DNA of 64,000 nt from Octopus vulgaris (GCA_951406725.2 OX597818.1:89094001-89158000); one strand, 5' to 3'; counted from the stretch's first letter, positions 43,384 to 55,663 are shown. Notes: a model not told the origin generated them from the letters alone. Numbers and translations: made by a program.

Positions 43384-43608
43384 TGTGTGTGTCTGTGTGT
43401 CTGTGTGTCTGTGTTTGTCACCCTAGCATTGCTTGACAACCGATGCTGGTGTGTTTACGTCCCTGTCAATTAGCGGTTCGGCAAAAGAGACCGATAGAAT
43501 AAGTACTGGGCTCACAAAGAATAAGTCCCGGGGTCGATTTGCTCGACTAAAGGCGGTGTTCCAGCATGGCCGCAGTCAAATGACTGAAACAAGTAAAAGC
43601 GTAAAAGA
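43170..43608 (+). mobile_element. SINE family A
   Basis: Full-length match to the 5393 copy. Confidence 0.9.
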
Positions 43609-43864
43609 GTATATATATATATATATATATATAATCAATTAATCAATATAGGGTGGCAAAAAAATTCAGCAGAAATTATTTGCCACCAGCGGCCTAGTGG
43701 GAAAAAAGTAAATAGTCAGAGACCATTAATAAATTCAACAACAAAATTTAGGAACGGCCATAATAGGCCGTTCAACCCACTAGAAATAGCAGCCAAGGCT
43801 TCAACCGCAAAACAATATTAATTCCGTAAACCAGGAGAAAATTTAAAAAACATTTACCCTGTAA

Positions 43865-43970
43865 TACCTTATACAATGCATCGTTTCGTCTATTTTTTTA
43901 ATGGTAAATCAACTTGATTAAATTAAATCAAGTTAATCTTCCATAGGCCAATAAATTCATCAGTAAGGTA
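43865..43970 (-). ncRNA. Type I hammerhead with ~70-nt stem II (inverted copy)
   Basis: Near reverse complement of 44341-44445. Confidence 0.82.
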
Positions 43971-44340
43971 AGCCAGACGGGACGGATATTTGCACGAGGC
44001 AGCACCATTACTGTCTCGGCTATATCTGACCTAAAATTTTCAAATCATCGTACTCGCGCCTATTATGGCCGTTCCTAAATTTTGCTGTTGAATTTATTAA
44101 TGGTCTCTGACTATTTACTTTTTTCCCACTAGGCCGCTGGTGGCAAATAATTTCTGCTGAATTTTTTTGCCACCCTATATTGATTAATTAAGAATTTTCT
44201 GTTTAATTCCGAAATGGAATCTGCAGCTTATATTTGCTGCCGATAAATTTGGCGCGAGTACGATGATTTGAAAATTTTAGGTCAGATATAGCCGAGACAG
44301 TAATGGTGCTGCCTCGTGCAAATATCTGTCCCGTCTGGCT

Positions 44341-44445
44341 TACCTTACTGATGAATTTATTGGCCTATGGAAGATTAGCTTGATTTAATTTAATCAAGTT
44401 CATTTACCATTAAAAAATAGACGAAACGATGCATTGTATAAGGTA
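44341..44445 (+). ncRNA. Type I hammerhead with ~70-nt stem II
   Basis: TACCTTA-CTGATGA-atttatt...aatagac-GAAAC-GATGCATT-GTA-TAAGGTA. Stem I 7 bp, intact core, A.C mismatch at the stem II base. Confidence 0.85.
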
Positions 44446-44566
44446 TTACAGGGTAAATGTTTTTTAAATTTTCTCCTGGTTTACGGAATTAATATTGTTT
44501 TGCGGTTGAAGCCTTGGCTGCTATTTCTAGTGGGTTGAACGGCCTATTATGGCCGTTCCTAAATTT

Positions 44567-44628
<62 letters not shown>

Positions 44629-44651
44629 GTTTGGATTTATTCCCTAATATT

Positions 44652-44744
<93 letters not shown>

Positions 44745-44918
44745 GAGAGAGAATATTAGAGGTTTAGTGCACTGGTGATCTAAATGAATAGGTACGCTGT
44801 GTTAGTGCTATAATTGGTCATCCGTTAGGTTCCAAGTTCGCTAGGGATCCACAGTAGGCTTCCGAGTCAGCAGGTATATATTAGACGAAAATCAGGTATA
44901 TATTAGAACAAAATCAAT

Positions 44919-45286
44919 GCAGGATGAGTGTCTCAAGTCATTTAGAATATTTAGAGTAAGGGGAATTTGAAGTAATTAATTAATTAATTAATTAATTAAT
45001 TAGTTCATTCGTTAATCAATGAATGTCTTTGAGCTGTTTCTGAGATATCCCAAGTGATAGGTTAGCATCTCCAGACACTGGGACCAACCAAAGCCTTGTG
45101 AGTGGATTTGGTAGACAGAACCTGAAAGAAGCCCATGGAGATGCTAACGTATCACTTGTGATATCCCAGAAAAAGCTGTAAGACATCCATAAATTAATTA
45201 ATTAATTAATTAACTAATTAATCAATTACTTCAAATTCATCTTAGTCTAATTAAATATTCTAAATGACTTGAGGCACTTGTCCTGC
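44919..45286. repeat. Fold-back with a SINE-A fragment in the loop
   Basis: Arms 44919-45073 and 45135-45286 include (TTAA)n. The loop contains CCAAAGCCTTGTGAGTGGATTTGGTAGAC. Confidence 0.8.
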
Positions 45287-45311
45287 TTTGGTTTTTTCTG
45301 TCCTTTCGCCA

Positions 45312-45349
<38 letters not shown>

Positions 45350-45516
45350 ATAAGGGACTAAAGCCATCTGAATATGGCTAGGGACAGGGCAGGGTGGTGG
45401 GGGTGTTACTGTTGCATTTAGCCCCAGGCGAACATCGACGTCACCAGAAAGGCTCGACACCGTCACGGTGCCCTAAACCTGCAAAGGGAGGTAATTCCCC
45501 GATGAAGCGGAAACCA

Positions 45517-45562
45517 CACACGGACCATGGTTTCAAGGTGTATTGCCTATCATCGGCGTGTG
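45517..45562 (-). ncRNA. Type I hammerhead variant (U4C core)
   Basis: CACACG-CCGATGA-tAGG caataca CCTt-GAAAC-CATG-GTC-CGTGTG. Confidence 0.75.
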
Positions 45563-46262
45563 GTAGGCCTCCGCTTCCTCGACGAATTCTCACTATGCAG
45601 GATTTCTTATATAGATTTTCAAGCAAAATACATTTGCTGATTTCGAAAATCTGTTCGAAAGCAATAATAATTCTCTAAAAGGGATATAGACAGTAACTGC
45701 TCGATAACATAAGGGACTAAAGCCATCTGAATATGGCTAGGGACAGGGCAGGGTGGTGGGGGTGTTACTGTTGCATTTAGCCCCAGGCGAACATCGACGT
45801 CACCAGAAAGGCTCGACACCGTCACGGTGCCCTAAACCTGCAAAGGGAGGTAATTCCCCGATGATCGGGGAATTACCTCCCTTTGCAGGTTTAGGGCACC
45901 GTGACGGTGTCGAGCCTTTCTGGTGACGTCGATGTTCGCCTGGGCTAAATGCAACAGTAACACCCCCACCACCCTGCCCTGTCCCTAGCCATATTCAGAT
46001 GGCTTTAGTCCCTTATGTTATCGAGCAGTTACTGTCTATATCCCTTTAGAAATTATGCTTTCGAACAGATTTTCGAAATCAGCAAATGTATTTTGCTTGA
46101 AAATCTATATAAAATCCCTTTTAGAGATTTCGAGCAGTTACTGTATCTTTTAGAGAATTATTATTGCTTTCGAACAGATTTTCGAAATCAGCAAATGTAT
46201 TTTGCTTGAAAATCTATATAAAAATCCTGCATAGTGAGAATTCGTCGAGGAAGCGGAGGCCT

Positions 46263-46306
46263 ACGCCGATGATAGGCAATACACCTTGAAACCATGGTCC
46301 GTGTGT
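46263..46306 (+). ncRNA. Inverted copy of the U4C hammerhead with shortened stem I
   Basis: acg ccgatga tagg caataca cctt gaaac catg gtc cgtgtg, with a short deletion in the 5' strand of stem I. Confidence 0.6.
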
Positions 46307-46517
46307 GGTTTCCGCTTCATCGGGGAATTACTCCCTTTGCAGGTTTAGGGCACCGTGACGGTGTCGAGCCTTTCTGGTGACGTCGATGTTCGCCTGGGGC
46401 TAAATGCAACAGTAACACCCCACCACCCTGCCCTGTCCCTAGCCATATTCAGATGGCTTTAGTCCCTTATGTTATCGAGCAGTTACTGTCTATATCCCTT
46501 TTAGAGAATTATTATTG

Positions 46518-46558
<41 letters not shown>

Positions 46559-46706
46559 GAGAAGTTGAGGTTATAAGAGATAATGGTGTCATTAAGACCC
46601 AAAGATGTCAGGTAATGCTGAATAAGTGCTATAGACAGACCATAGTTAAGTTCCAGATTCGGTAATTTTGCAAATAAGGGTTTCAACGTTGGTTCTATGT
46701 CAGTGT

Positions 46707-46865
46707 GTGTGTATATAAGAATTTTTTGCGTAATGAGATAAAAAAACCAAGGGTGTGTAGATATTAGAACAATTAGCTGTAAGACCTATCTATAAATGTT
46801 CTGGCATCTACACAGCATTGGTTATTTTTTATTTCATTACGCAAAAAATTCTTATATATATACAC
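46707..46865. repeat. ~160-bp hairpin
   Basis: TATATAAGAATTTTTTGCGTAATGA / TCATTACGCAAAAAATTCTTATATA, with inner TGTGTAGAT/ATCTACACA. Confidence 0.8.
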
Positions 46866-47637
46866 CTCCTATTAAGACTCTTATTGGTGTGATAAAGAAA
46901 TTAGAAATTGTCCAAATTGTTCTTGAGAAGACCAATACTTGAGTGAAATTTTGCATCATTTCAACAGCAAAAGCTTTTAATATCGTTTACATTACTAGAC
47001 TCCATTCGGTCGGACAAGTGAATAAATTGAAAACAAAATTTAAATACAAAAAAGTGCTTCGTTTGGCTTGGCTTTTTTTTTTTTTTTACTTGGTTGAAAT
47101 ACCAAAAGAAGGCTTAAGGTGCACTGATGTGATTAATCCGGACTAGTTATAATGACGGCTTTTATGGGACTTCGACTCATGTTAGCAATATATATTTTAC
47201 ATAACATTTTATAAATGCTTTATCGCTATCTGTATATATATTTCAGACTACCGGATTCGATGCTGTTTCGAGTATGCAATATAGGTAAGCCGAAGCTACG
47301 GTGAGATACGCATCTGTTGCTGTTATGATCACTTCAGAGGCGATTTCGTTTACCTAGCTCTGAAGTATATCATGTTTTTTAACACTGTACATATTTAAAA
47401 AGATTTTTTTTCTAGCTTCTGAGAAAAAACGTAGCCTCTGCCGTTTAAGCAACACACATATGTCAACTATGTTGTATTGATAATGTTTTGTTTTGTTTTG
47501 TTTTTCTTTGTTTTTCATAATTAAAATTTATTAGCAAAAACTTTTTTCGTGTTAAATTAAAAAGAGACGAAACTTTTTCTTTATAAAATATAAAATTAAA
47601 CCTGACTAGACATAGCTGCGAGTCGTATGCTTGGCAC

Positions 47638-47870
47638 CTATTTCTTTACTACCCATTTCTTTACTAAACACAGAGGGGACAAACAAGGACAGACACACTG
47701 ATTAAGTCGATTACATCGACCCCAGTGCGTAACTGGTACTTAATTTATCGACCCCGAAAGGATGAAAGGCAAAGTCGACCTCGGCGGAATTTGAACTCAG
47801 AACGTAGCGGCAGACGAAATGCGGTTACGCATTGCGCCCGGCGTGCTAACATTTCTGCCAGCTCGCCGCC
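47638..47870 (-). mobile_element. SINE family B with ~15-bp TSD
   Basis: CGTATGCTTG(G/A)CACC on both flanks. Confidence 0.9.
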
Positions 47871-50154
47871 GTATGCTTGACACCACTGACATAGAGATCA
47901 TCAGGACTAGGTGTAGTTAGTATGGGGCCTTTGGGGGATACACTATGGATGCAGAACATGAGACCGGCTAGCTGCGAGGAGGAGATGCGACAGAAACAGC
48001 GATAGTGAAGTGAGAGTGAGGTAACGTCACGTCCATTGACTAGAATTTGGATTGTGTTGGCAAGAAACTTCGCATCATTGGCCATTTACTGATATAGTTT
48101 GTGCTGCGTGTATGTCTGGTAGCAGCAACGTTCTAGATGTGGGGACTGTTGTTATTCCATTGAGTTTCATGTGTAGTTGTTGAGAGCTGAAGTAATAACT
48201 GGCTTTGGGATCTTAACGGCAACAACAATAACAATATCGCAACGAAAACAACGTTGGCAATAACGTTAACAACGATGACAACATCGGCAGTCGTGACAAC
48301 AGTAAAATGACAACGACAACGACACCAACAAGAACAACAATCACAACAGCAGAAAAACACCAGACCAACAAGAGTGACAACAACAATAAAAATAAAACAA
48401 AAAGTAATGCGCTAACAAGGTGGTAAGGAGTACAATTCGCAAGGCAGACGTCAGATGTTTGATGGCAGGAGAAAAGAAAAAGAGACAGATAGAAAGAAAG
48501 AGACAATATATGCATTATTTTGTCGTCGATTTTGTCACGTGTTCAGACTTTCATTTTGTCTGAGACGGTCACAGGACGAAGTGGCTAGATAATACAATGC
48601 TTATTTCCATCAAACGCTGCCTAGTAATTATGTCGTTGTATTAATTGCTAGCCCCTAATTATCACCACCACCAACAACAGTAACAACAATATACTTTATA
48701 CGTGCCGATGACTCAGGTCTGTTGTACTCAAAATGGCGCTTAACATTCAGTTTCTCTTGGTATTGTTACGCAATTGTCCCTTCAACTCTTTCATGACTTT
48801 ACACACTCTCCCCGTCTCACTCTCTCTCTCTCTCTCTCTCTCTTTCTCACTCTCTCACTATTTCTCTATCTCTTTTTTCTTCCTACAAATATATATATAC
48901 ATATCTATATGTATGTCTGTATATATGTATGTGTGTGTTTATGTATGTATGCATGTATGTATGTGTGTGTGTGTGTTTATGTATGTCTGTATGTTCAACT
49001 ACCTTCGTCTACAGCATTTTGTTAATCTTTTCCATGTCTTTAGTCCCGTCTCTTCCCCTCTCTCTCCTTTTACACTTTCTCTCTCTCCCTCTCTTACACT
49101 TTCTCTCACTCTCCCTCTCTCACCCTCTCTTACTCTTTCTCTCGCTCTCCCTCTCTCACCCTCTCTCTCTCTCTTACTCTCTCTCAATTTCGCTCTCCTT
49201 CTCTCTACCCTCTACTCTTTCTCTCTCTGACTCTATCACCCTCTCTCTCACTCTCACTCACTTCTTTCACCTCCTCTCTCTCCCACTCTTTCTCTGTCCT
49301 CTTTACCCTTTCTCTTTCTCTCCCTCCATTTCTCTCTTTCTCTTTTTACCCCCTCCCCACTCTGTCAATCGTATTCTGTGTACTCGTAACAAATAGCTTA
49401 ACGTCGTGATTGGCATAAGGTTGTCACGTGATACTAAAGCACTTGATGTCATTTTCGTTTGAAATACGGACTATTCACACACATACAAGTGCACAGACGC
49501 TAACACATACACTTAGATGTACCTACAAGCACACACATACACATATTGTATGCACAAAAATAACCTCTATTCACACAGGCAAATTCAGAGAAAAAGGGAG
49601 TTTGTGTGTGTGTGTGTGTATGTGTTTGTATGTGGGTGTGTGTGTGTTTGTGTGTGTGTATGAGTGCATCTACTTGTATACACACACATATATGTATCTA
49701 CTTTGTTTTTACGTCTTTGTTCTCTGCTTTACTTGCACAAAAGAACTTCTACGTGGCTACTCGACGTGATAGATATAACAGCCAAAATACCCTTAAAATG
49801 AAGCCTGCTGTTTTAAATACACCACGGTATCTTAAATAACGGGATAGTCAGTTCAATGGGATCAGACAGTCATACAAACATATTTGTATTACGCGAGGAA
49901 TGATAAAAGTGGTGTGCGTGTACATATGTGTGTGTGTAATACATATGTATATATACACACATACATACACGTAAGCAAAACAAGGTGGGAAAAATAGTAC
50001 TCGAGTACCAAAGGTAGAGTAATATGCTTTCATCAAAGCTGCAAAATTATCACAAGGCTGTTACTGTGGGTTTCACGTTCCCATTTGCTAGACAGTATAT
50101 ATATATGTATGTGTGTGGGTGGGAATTCCTGGATATTTAATTCTATATATATAT

Positions 50155-50246
50155 AGCTAACTTAAGGCGATGGCCTCATGGAGCTAATAAGCGGACAGCT
50201 TTTTTCTTATTTTTATAAGAATGCCATATTAGTATGGCGATAACTA
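50155..50246. mobile_element. Dispersed fragment of the 362-bp retrozyme unit
   Basis: Near-identical to 34617-34704; TA-flanked. Confidence 0.9.
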
Positions 50247-50273
50247 ATATATATATATGTATATATATGTATA

Positions 50274-50311
<38 letters not shown>

Positions 50312-50375
50312 TGTATGTATGTATGTATATATATATGTATATGTCCTCCCTTCTCTGGATCTTTCCTTTTCCTAT

Positions 50376-50410
50376 GTTTCTGACGAAGAGCTCCGCTCGA
50401 AACGTAAAAC
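50376..50410 (+). ncRNA. Minimal PLE-type hammerhead with loopless stem III
   Basis: GTTT-CTGACGA-A-GAGC tcc GCTC-GAAACGTA-AAAC, inside the TA-flanked element 50341-50511. Confidence 0.8.
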
Positions 50411-50507
50411 CCTCGTCCTTCCCTTCCTTCCTGAGCGTCCAATAATACTATATTTGTTTCACGTCCTCGCGTTGTTGTGTTTTCTCTTTGTGTTTTCATG
50501 TTTAGAT

Positions 50508-50551
<44 letters not shown>

Positions 50552-50725
50552 TAAGAAAGTTTGTTTGGTAAAGCACGTGGGTGAATATATAAGAAAATAG
50601 TAAAGTGTGAAAAAACGACAGAAGGCTTAAATGTTAAAAAATATATATATTTGTGTCAAAATGTCTGGAGAATATTGGAAAAATTTTTTTCCTTTCCTTA
50701 AAATGACATAATTTTAAAATTTTTA

Positions 50726-50765
50726 AAGAAATTACCGGTTTCGCGTGTAGCTTTTCAAATTTCTT
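50726..50765 (-). ncRNA. Minimal hammerhead, U3-A8 variant (left arm)
   Basis: Reverse complement of 50776-50815. Confidence 0.8.
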
Positions 50766-50775
50766 GTAACGTCAC

Positions 50776-50815
50776 AAGAAATTTGAAAAGCTACACGCGA
50801 AACCGGTAATTTCTT
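50776..50815 (+). ncRNA. Minimal hammerhead, U3-A8 variant (right arm)
   Basis: AAGAAAT-TTGAAAA-GC tacac GC-GAAAC-CG-GTA-ATTTCTT. Confidence 0.8.
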
Positions 50816-50945
50816 TAAAAATTTTAAAATTATGTCATTTTAAGGAAAGGAAAAAAATTTTTCCAATATTCTCCAGACATTTTGACACAAATATATATAT
50901 TTTTTAACATTTAAGCCTTCTGTCGTTTTTTCACACTTTACTATT

Positions 50946-51036
<91 letters not shown>

Positions 51037-51082
51037 TGTATATATGTGTATATATATATATATACACACACATACATACATG

Positions 51083-51350
51083 TGGAGGTGCAATGGCCCA
51101 GTGGTTAGAGCAGCGGACTCGCGGTCTTAGGATCACGGTTTCGATTCCCAGACCGGGCGTTGTGAGTATGTATTGAGCGAAAACACCTAAAGCTCCTCGA
51201 GGCTCCGGCAGGGGTGGGAGTGATCCCTGCTGTACTCTTTCGCCCCAACTTCCTCTCACTCTTTCATCTGTATGCCTGCTCGCTTAGCCAGCGGTGTGAC
51301 CTCATTTGAAGACTAAAACAATGCGAAACACATTGTGATCAGCGATACGT
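51083..51350 (+). mobile_element. SINE family D
   Basis: GGAGGTGCAATGGCCCAGTGGTTAGAGC..GTTTCGATTCCC head. Confidence 0.85.
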
Positions 51351-51823
51351 GACAAAGGACTATCTTGGACATGAATGGATTTCGATTGGTATATATTTGA
51401 GATGTAATGAAGTGAATTTCGATGGTTGTAGATTGAACTTACTCGGTTGTATCGTCCGTTAGAGTGCTTTTGTTGTTTTTTAATTATAATTGACGTATGA
51501 TTGAATACTTAACGTTCACGCTCATGCTCATAATACATAGACATTTGAATTAGTATCTACAATCCAGCCGTCCTTTCACACGGAATTTCGTCTATCTTTA
51601 AACTATATAAAGTACTGACTTTATATATAAGGAAACTGTTATTATGTATGTATATCAGAAAATATATATGTCGAAACAACTTGTTGGAATTTTATGGGTT
51701 TTTTAATAATTGTTTATGTTATATAAAATTATGTTATACTATATTTATAGTATATCATTGTATATCATAGTATACATTATCATTGTATACATTATTAGAT
51801 TGTCGATAGTATCGGTCTTTTTA

Positions 51824-51874
<51 letters not shown>

Positions 51875-51881
51875 TATACAT

Positions 51882-51915
<34 letters not shown>

Positions 51916-52087
51916 ATATATACATATACATATATATATGTACATATATATATATACATAAATATACATACATATCCACACATATATACATATATATACA
52001 TATATATATACATACATACATATATATATACATACATACATATATTATATATATATATTTATTTATATATAGATATATATATATATA

Positions 52088-52136
<49 letters not shown>

Positions 52137-53693
52137 ATATGCATAGACTTAGAAGTGCATACATAGTCATATATGCGTGCATATACAGTCATTCACATAC
52201 ACACAGATATATACATAGTGTGTATGGTGTGTGTGCGTGTGAGAGAGAGAGAGAGAGAGAGAGACGCACTGAAACTGAAGCAGTCGAATCTCAATTTATA
52301 TAAGATATTTAATCACAAAGTGTATACTATAATTCAACAGGTATTCGGTGCTATGAAAACGAATATCAAATATACTTCATACAGAAATTCAAAATATTTT
52401 TTCTACAACTTCATCACGATAACTTAAATGTCACGCTGACCATTCATTTTATCAGCTTCTGTTACACTTTCAGCGAATCGCTTACATCCAAGAAGGAAAA
52501 TCTAATTTGTGACATGCAAAACGTACGAACTTGTGGAGTATCGTTATTGTGGAGCATTCGATAAATATTTCGATAAAATTAATTGAATACGACAGACACT
52601 CGCTTGTTTGTTGAGTACAGAATTAGTCGCAACAATACGTCAGTCCATTTGATAGTGTGGTGATAGCGAAAACCCCTGTCTTCGTCGTTGTTTAAAAACC
52701 GCTTCCTTTTGAGTGAAAATTGATGTCAATAGTGTTTTACGATATAGAATACAATCACTAATGCTCTTCATTGAATAATCCATTATGTTACCTCTGCGAA
52801 ATGCATGAAATGTATTACCCCGGACAATGGGTTACTCTAAGTGTAGGATATTATCAAGGGAAGCGTGCATTTGCTTTAACGCTTCTCCACAGACTGGTTA
52901 CAACAGCTATTGAACTTGCTTCGCTTTTAAACCTGGCAGAAATTATTACAGCAATCATATTGCAATAAATAAACGGAAAATAGATGAGAAACAGAGAAAA
53001 CAATAAATAAATAGTAATTCTATTTACATATATACAAAGCTTTCTACACTTCAGCAAATTTATTGTTTTTCTGTAAACATATAAGAATCACAGTTCTTAA
53101 TGGACTATGAACGATGAACTCGATGCCCGCTGCTGATGAAGCGTAACGATGCAGAAATACGTGTCGCACGACCCTTGACGTCCGGTGGGCTTGTGATCCT
53201 ACTGTCCGATGACGTCATCTATAGCGCAGTTGAGTATTTTAACACACATTGTCAATAAAGTGAATGAAAATTTCTCTCTCGAGATAACATCTGCAGCGAA
53301 GGCCTTTCCATGTCTGGGTGTACACGAACGTGGTAAATATAACTGTACACCCCTATATTTTAATCATTGCTGCTAAGTCTGCTTCCAATAAATTTGTGTG
53401 CTTTTAATTAATTATATCTCCAAAGGTTTGTATCAACATTTCTTCACTTATGGTGTATGGGTTTGTTCCATTTAGGTAATGGGATAGGCTTCATAGTGCA
53501 TATGTTAGAATTCAAATTTCCGAATACAGATTTCATTGAACTAGACAACAATAATATATAAAATACATGCATACATTCACTGAAATACATATAGAGAAAT
53601 GTTTCATATCTTGATGTTTATTGATGGATTCATATTTTCAAAAAATGTATCATTCAGTTACGAGAAAAGAGAAAAAACAGCCACTCCTACGCC

Positions 53694-54102
53694 TACGTGG
53701 GAGTGGCTGCGTGGTAAGTAGCTTGCTTACCAAACACATGGTTCCGGGTTCAGTCCCATTGCGTGACACCTTAGGCAAGTGTCTTTTACTATAGCCTCGG
53801 GCCGACCAAAGCCTTGTAAGTGGATTTGGTAGACGGAAACTGAAAGAAGCCCGTCGTATATATGTATATATATATATATATGTATGTGTGTGCATAACTT
53901 AGTATGTCTGTGTTCTCTCCCCACACAACATCGCTTGACAACCGATACTGGTGTGTTTACGTCCCCGTAACTTAGCGGTTCGGCAAAAGAGACCGATAAA
54001 ATAAGTACTAGGCTTACAAAGAATAAATCTTGGGGTCGATTTGCTCGACTAAAGGTGGTGCTCCAGCATGGCCACAGTCAAATGACTGAAACAAGTAAAA
54101 GA
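53694..54102 (+). mobile_element. SINE family A
   Basis: Full-length match to the 5393 and 43170 copies. Confidence 0.9.
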
Positions 54103-54283
54103 GTATACATTTTGCGAAAACTGACAGATAATACCTACTGCTTCGGATTTTATTTCGGCTTAACTTGTGTCTCCTATTAAGACTGACTGAAGAGAAAGTT
54201 CTGTTCGAGGTTGAGACACCTTATAACAAACGATGTAGAAGGATGTGTAACCGTAAGCTGTAAAGGTTTGTAATAAACATATA

Positions 54284-54806
54284 CCATAAATCATCGAGTA
54301 TAGTCCGCGCTTGAGTATAATACGCAGGGGAATTTTAGGGGGCTGTACCTCTGAAAAACCTAAACGTTGTGTATAATACGCACCCCTTCTCTAACTTGAG
54401 TCGTGCGTAATGAAGCCAGCAGCACCTAGTCGAACAAGCACTTCCGCACATGCGTAATACAATAATGGTGATGTTCTTAACTGTTATATGGGAATGTAAA
54501 TATTTTTTCAAATTGTTTTTGTTACATGTTATTCTGTGTTCTGAATACTTTTATTTTAATAAATGTTGCTTACTAAAAGTTATGGGTGATTCTTTTATGA
54601 CTTCATTGCTTTCAGGCTTAGCTTAAGGTATTTTCGTGCCCGACATCACAAAATGTGTCTGAATAAACATTGCCGGACAGCAAATAGAGACTCGGACATT
54701 GCTTAGAAAATATTTTTCATATTTAACCTCGTATATAGTACGCACTAGGGATTTTTACCTTTAAATTTTTTGGGGGAAAATGCGTATTATACTCGAGGAT
54801 TTACGG
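54284..54806. mobile_element. Tc2/pogo-like MITE
   Basis: TIRs CCATAAATCATCGAGTATA / TATACTCGAGGATTTACGG with TA flanks; subterminal GTATAATACGCA repeats. Confidence 0.85.
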
Positions 54807-55663
54807 TAAGCTATAATGGCTTGTAACATTAATGTGTATCAGTTCATATTATCAATGTACACGCAAGTGTTTTAGTTTATGCAAAGAAAATGAAAGACAT
54901 GTGAGCTTCATAAATCGAATCAAACGGTGTCAGCTGTTGGTTGCTCCATGAGTTGCAATAACGTCGAGATACGAAGCAAGCTGGCTAGCGTTCGTATATT
55001 TGACTTACAAGTGAACTGCCTAACTGCCGGTAGCAATGCCATCGTGAACTGATTGTTAAAAAATCCGAAATGTCTACTGGTTGTGTAACTGTCAGCAGTA
55101 AGTCTAAAGGTGCGTAAAAGTGAATCCGATATTTCTGTTATGTGTGCCAGTAATAATTTAATCTTGGCTTAACAAGTTACCTCACACATCAGCAATTTTT
55201 TATTGTTAAGAACGATAGTTCCTGCTTAGCTCCGAGGGATAAGACGCTGTCTGATACTGAGCAGCAGACAATTACGCCGAAACACCAGTGTCTACAAGTC
55301 CACTTATGCCCCTTGGAGCAAGTACTATACCTGTTTTGCGTGTCTATTACTTAATCTGGACTTGACAAACCACGGCGCCCATCAGAAAATATATCATTCA
55401 CTGATTCGATAGCCATGAACAGTAGTTTCTATTTAGCTCCAAGGGATAGGATGTAGTCGAATACTGACGAGCTGACAATTATGCTGAAATCCCGGTATCC
55501 AATAGTCAATTTATGTCCTTTTGAGCAGTGTTTTGTTTCCAAACACCGTCAATAGACGACGTACTCTGATACGATACACTACAACGAAAAGCAATTTTCA
55601 AGTTCAAGTATGCAGGAATGTGGTTAGAAAGAATTTTATGCAACAATATTTCTTTAACAACAG

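Larger units (their letters stand above)
43635..44568. mobile_element. TA-embedded PLE pseudo-LTR-like element, ~483-bp unit preceded by an inverted partial copy
   Basis: 43744-44059 is inverted at 44252-44567, and 43638-43767 is inverted at 44059-44191. CCTATTATGGCCGTTCCTAAATTTT recurs at ~44059 and ~44543. Confidence 0.88.
45349..46519. mobile_element. Retrozyme-like array: 359-bp unit, tandem then folded back at ~45863, within (TA)n
   Basis: CATAAGGGACTAAAGCC at 45349 and 45708. Inversion junction CCCCGATGATCGGG. Inverted tandem runs to 46519. Confidence 0.9.
50592..50949. repeat. 358-bp near-perfect palindrome in (TA)n
   Basis: Arms are reverse complements around TTCTTGT-AACGTC-ACAAGAA (centre 50770/50771). 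Confidence 0.95.

Noticed and set aside
45499-45535. Plus-strand hammerhead CCGATGA-agcg-GAAACCA..TGGTT
   Set aside because: No stem II or stem I. The credible fold is on the opposite strand.
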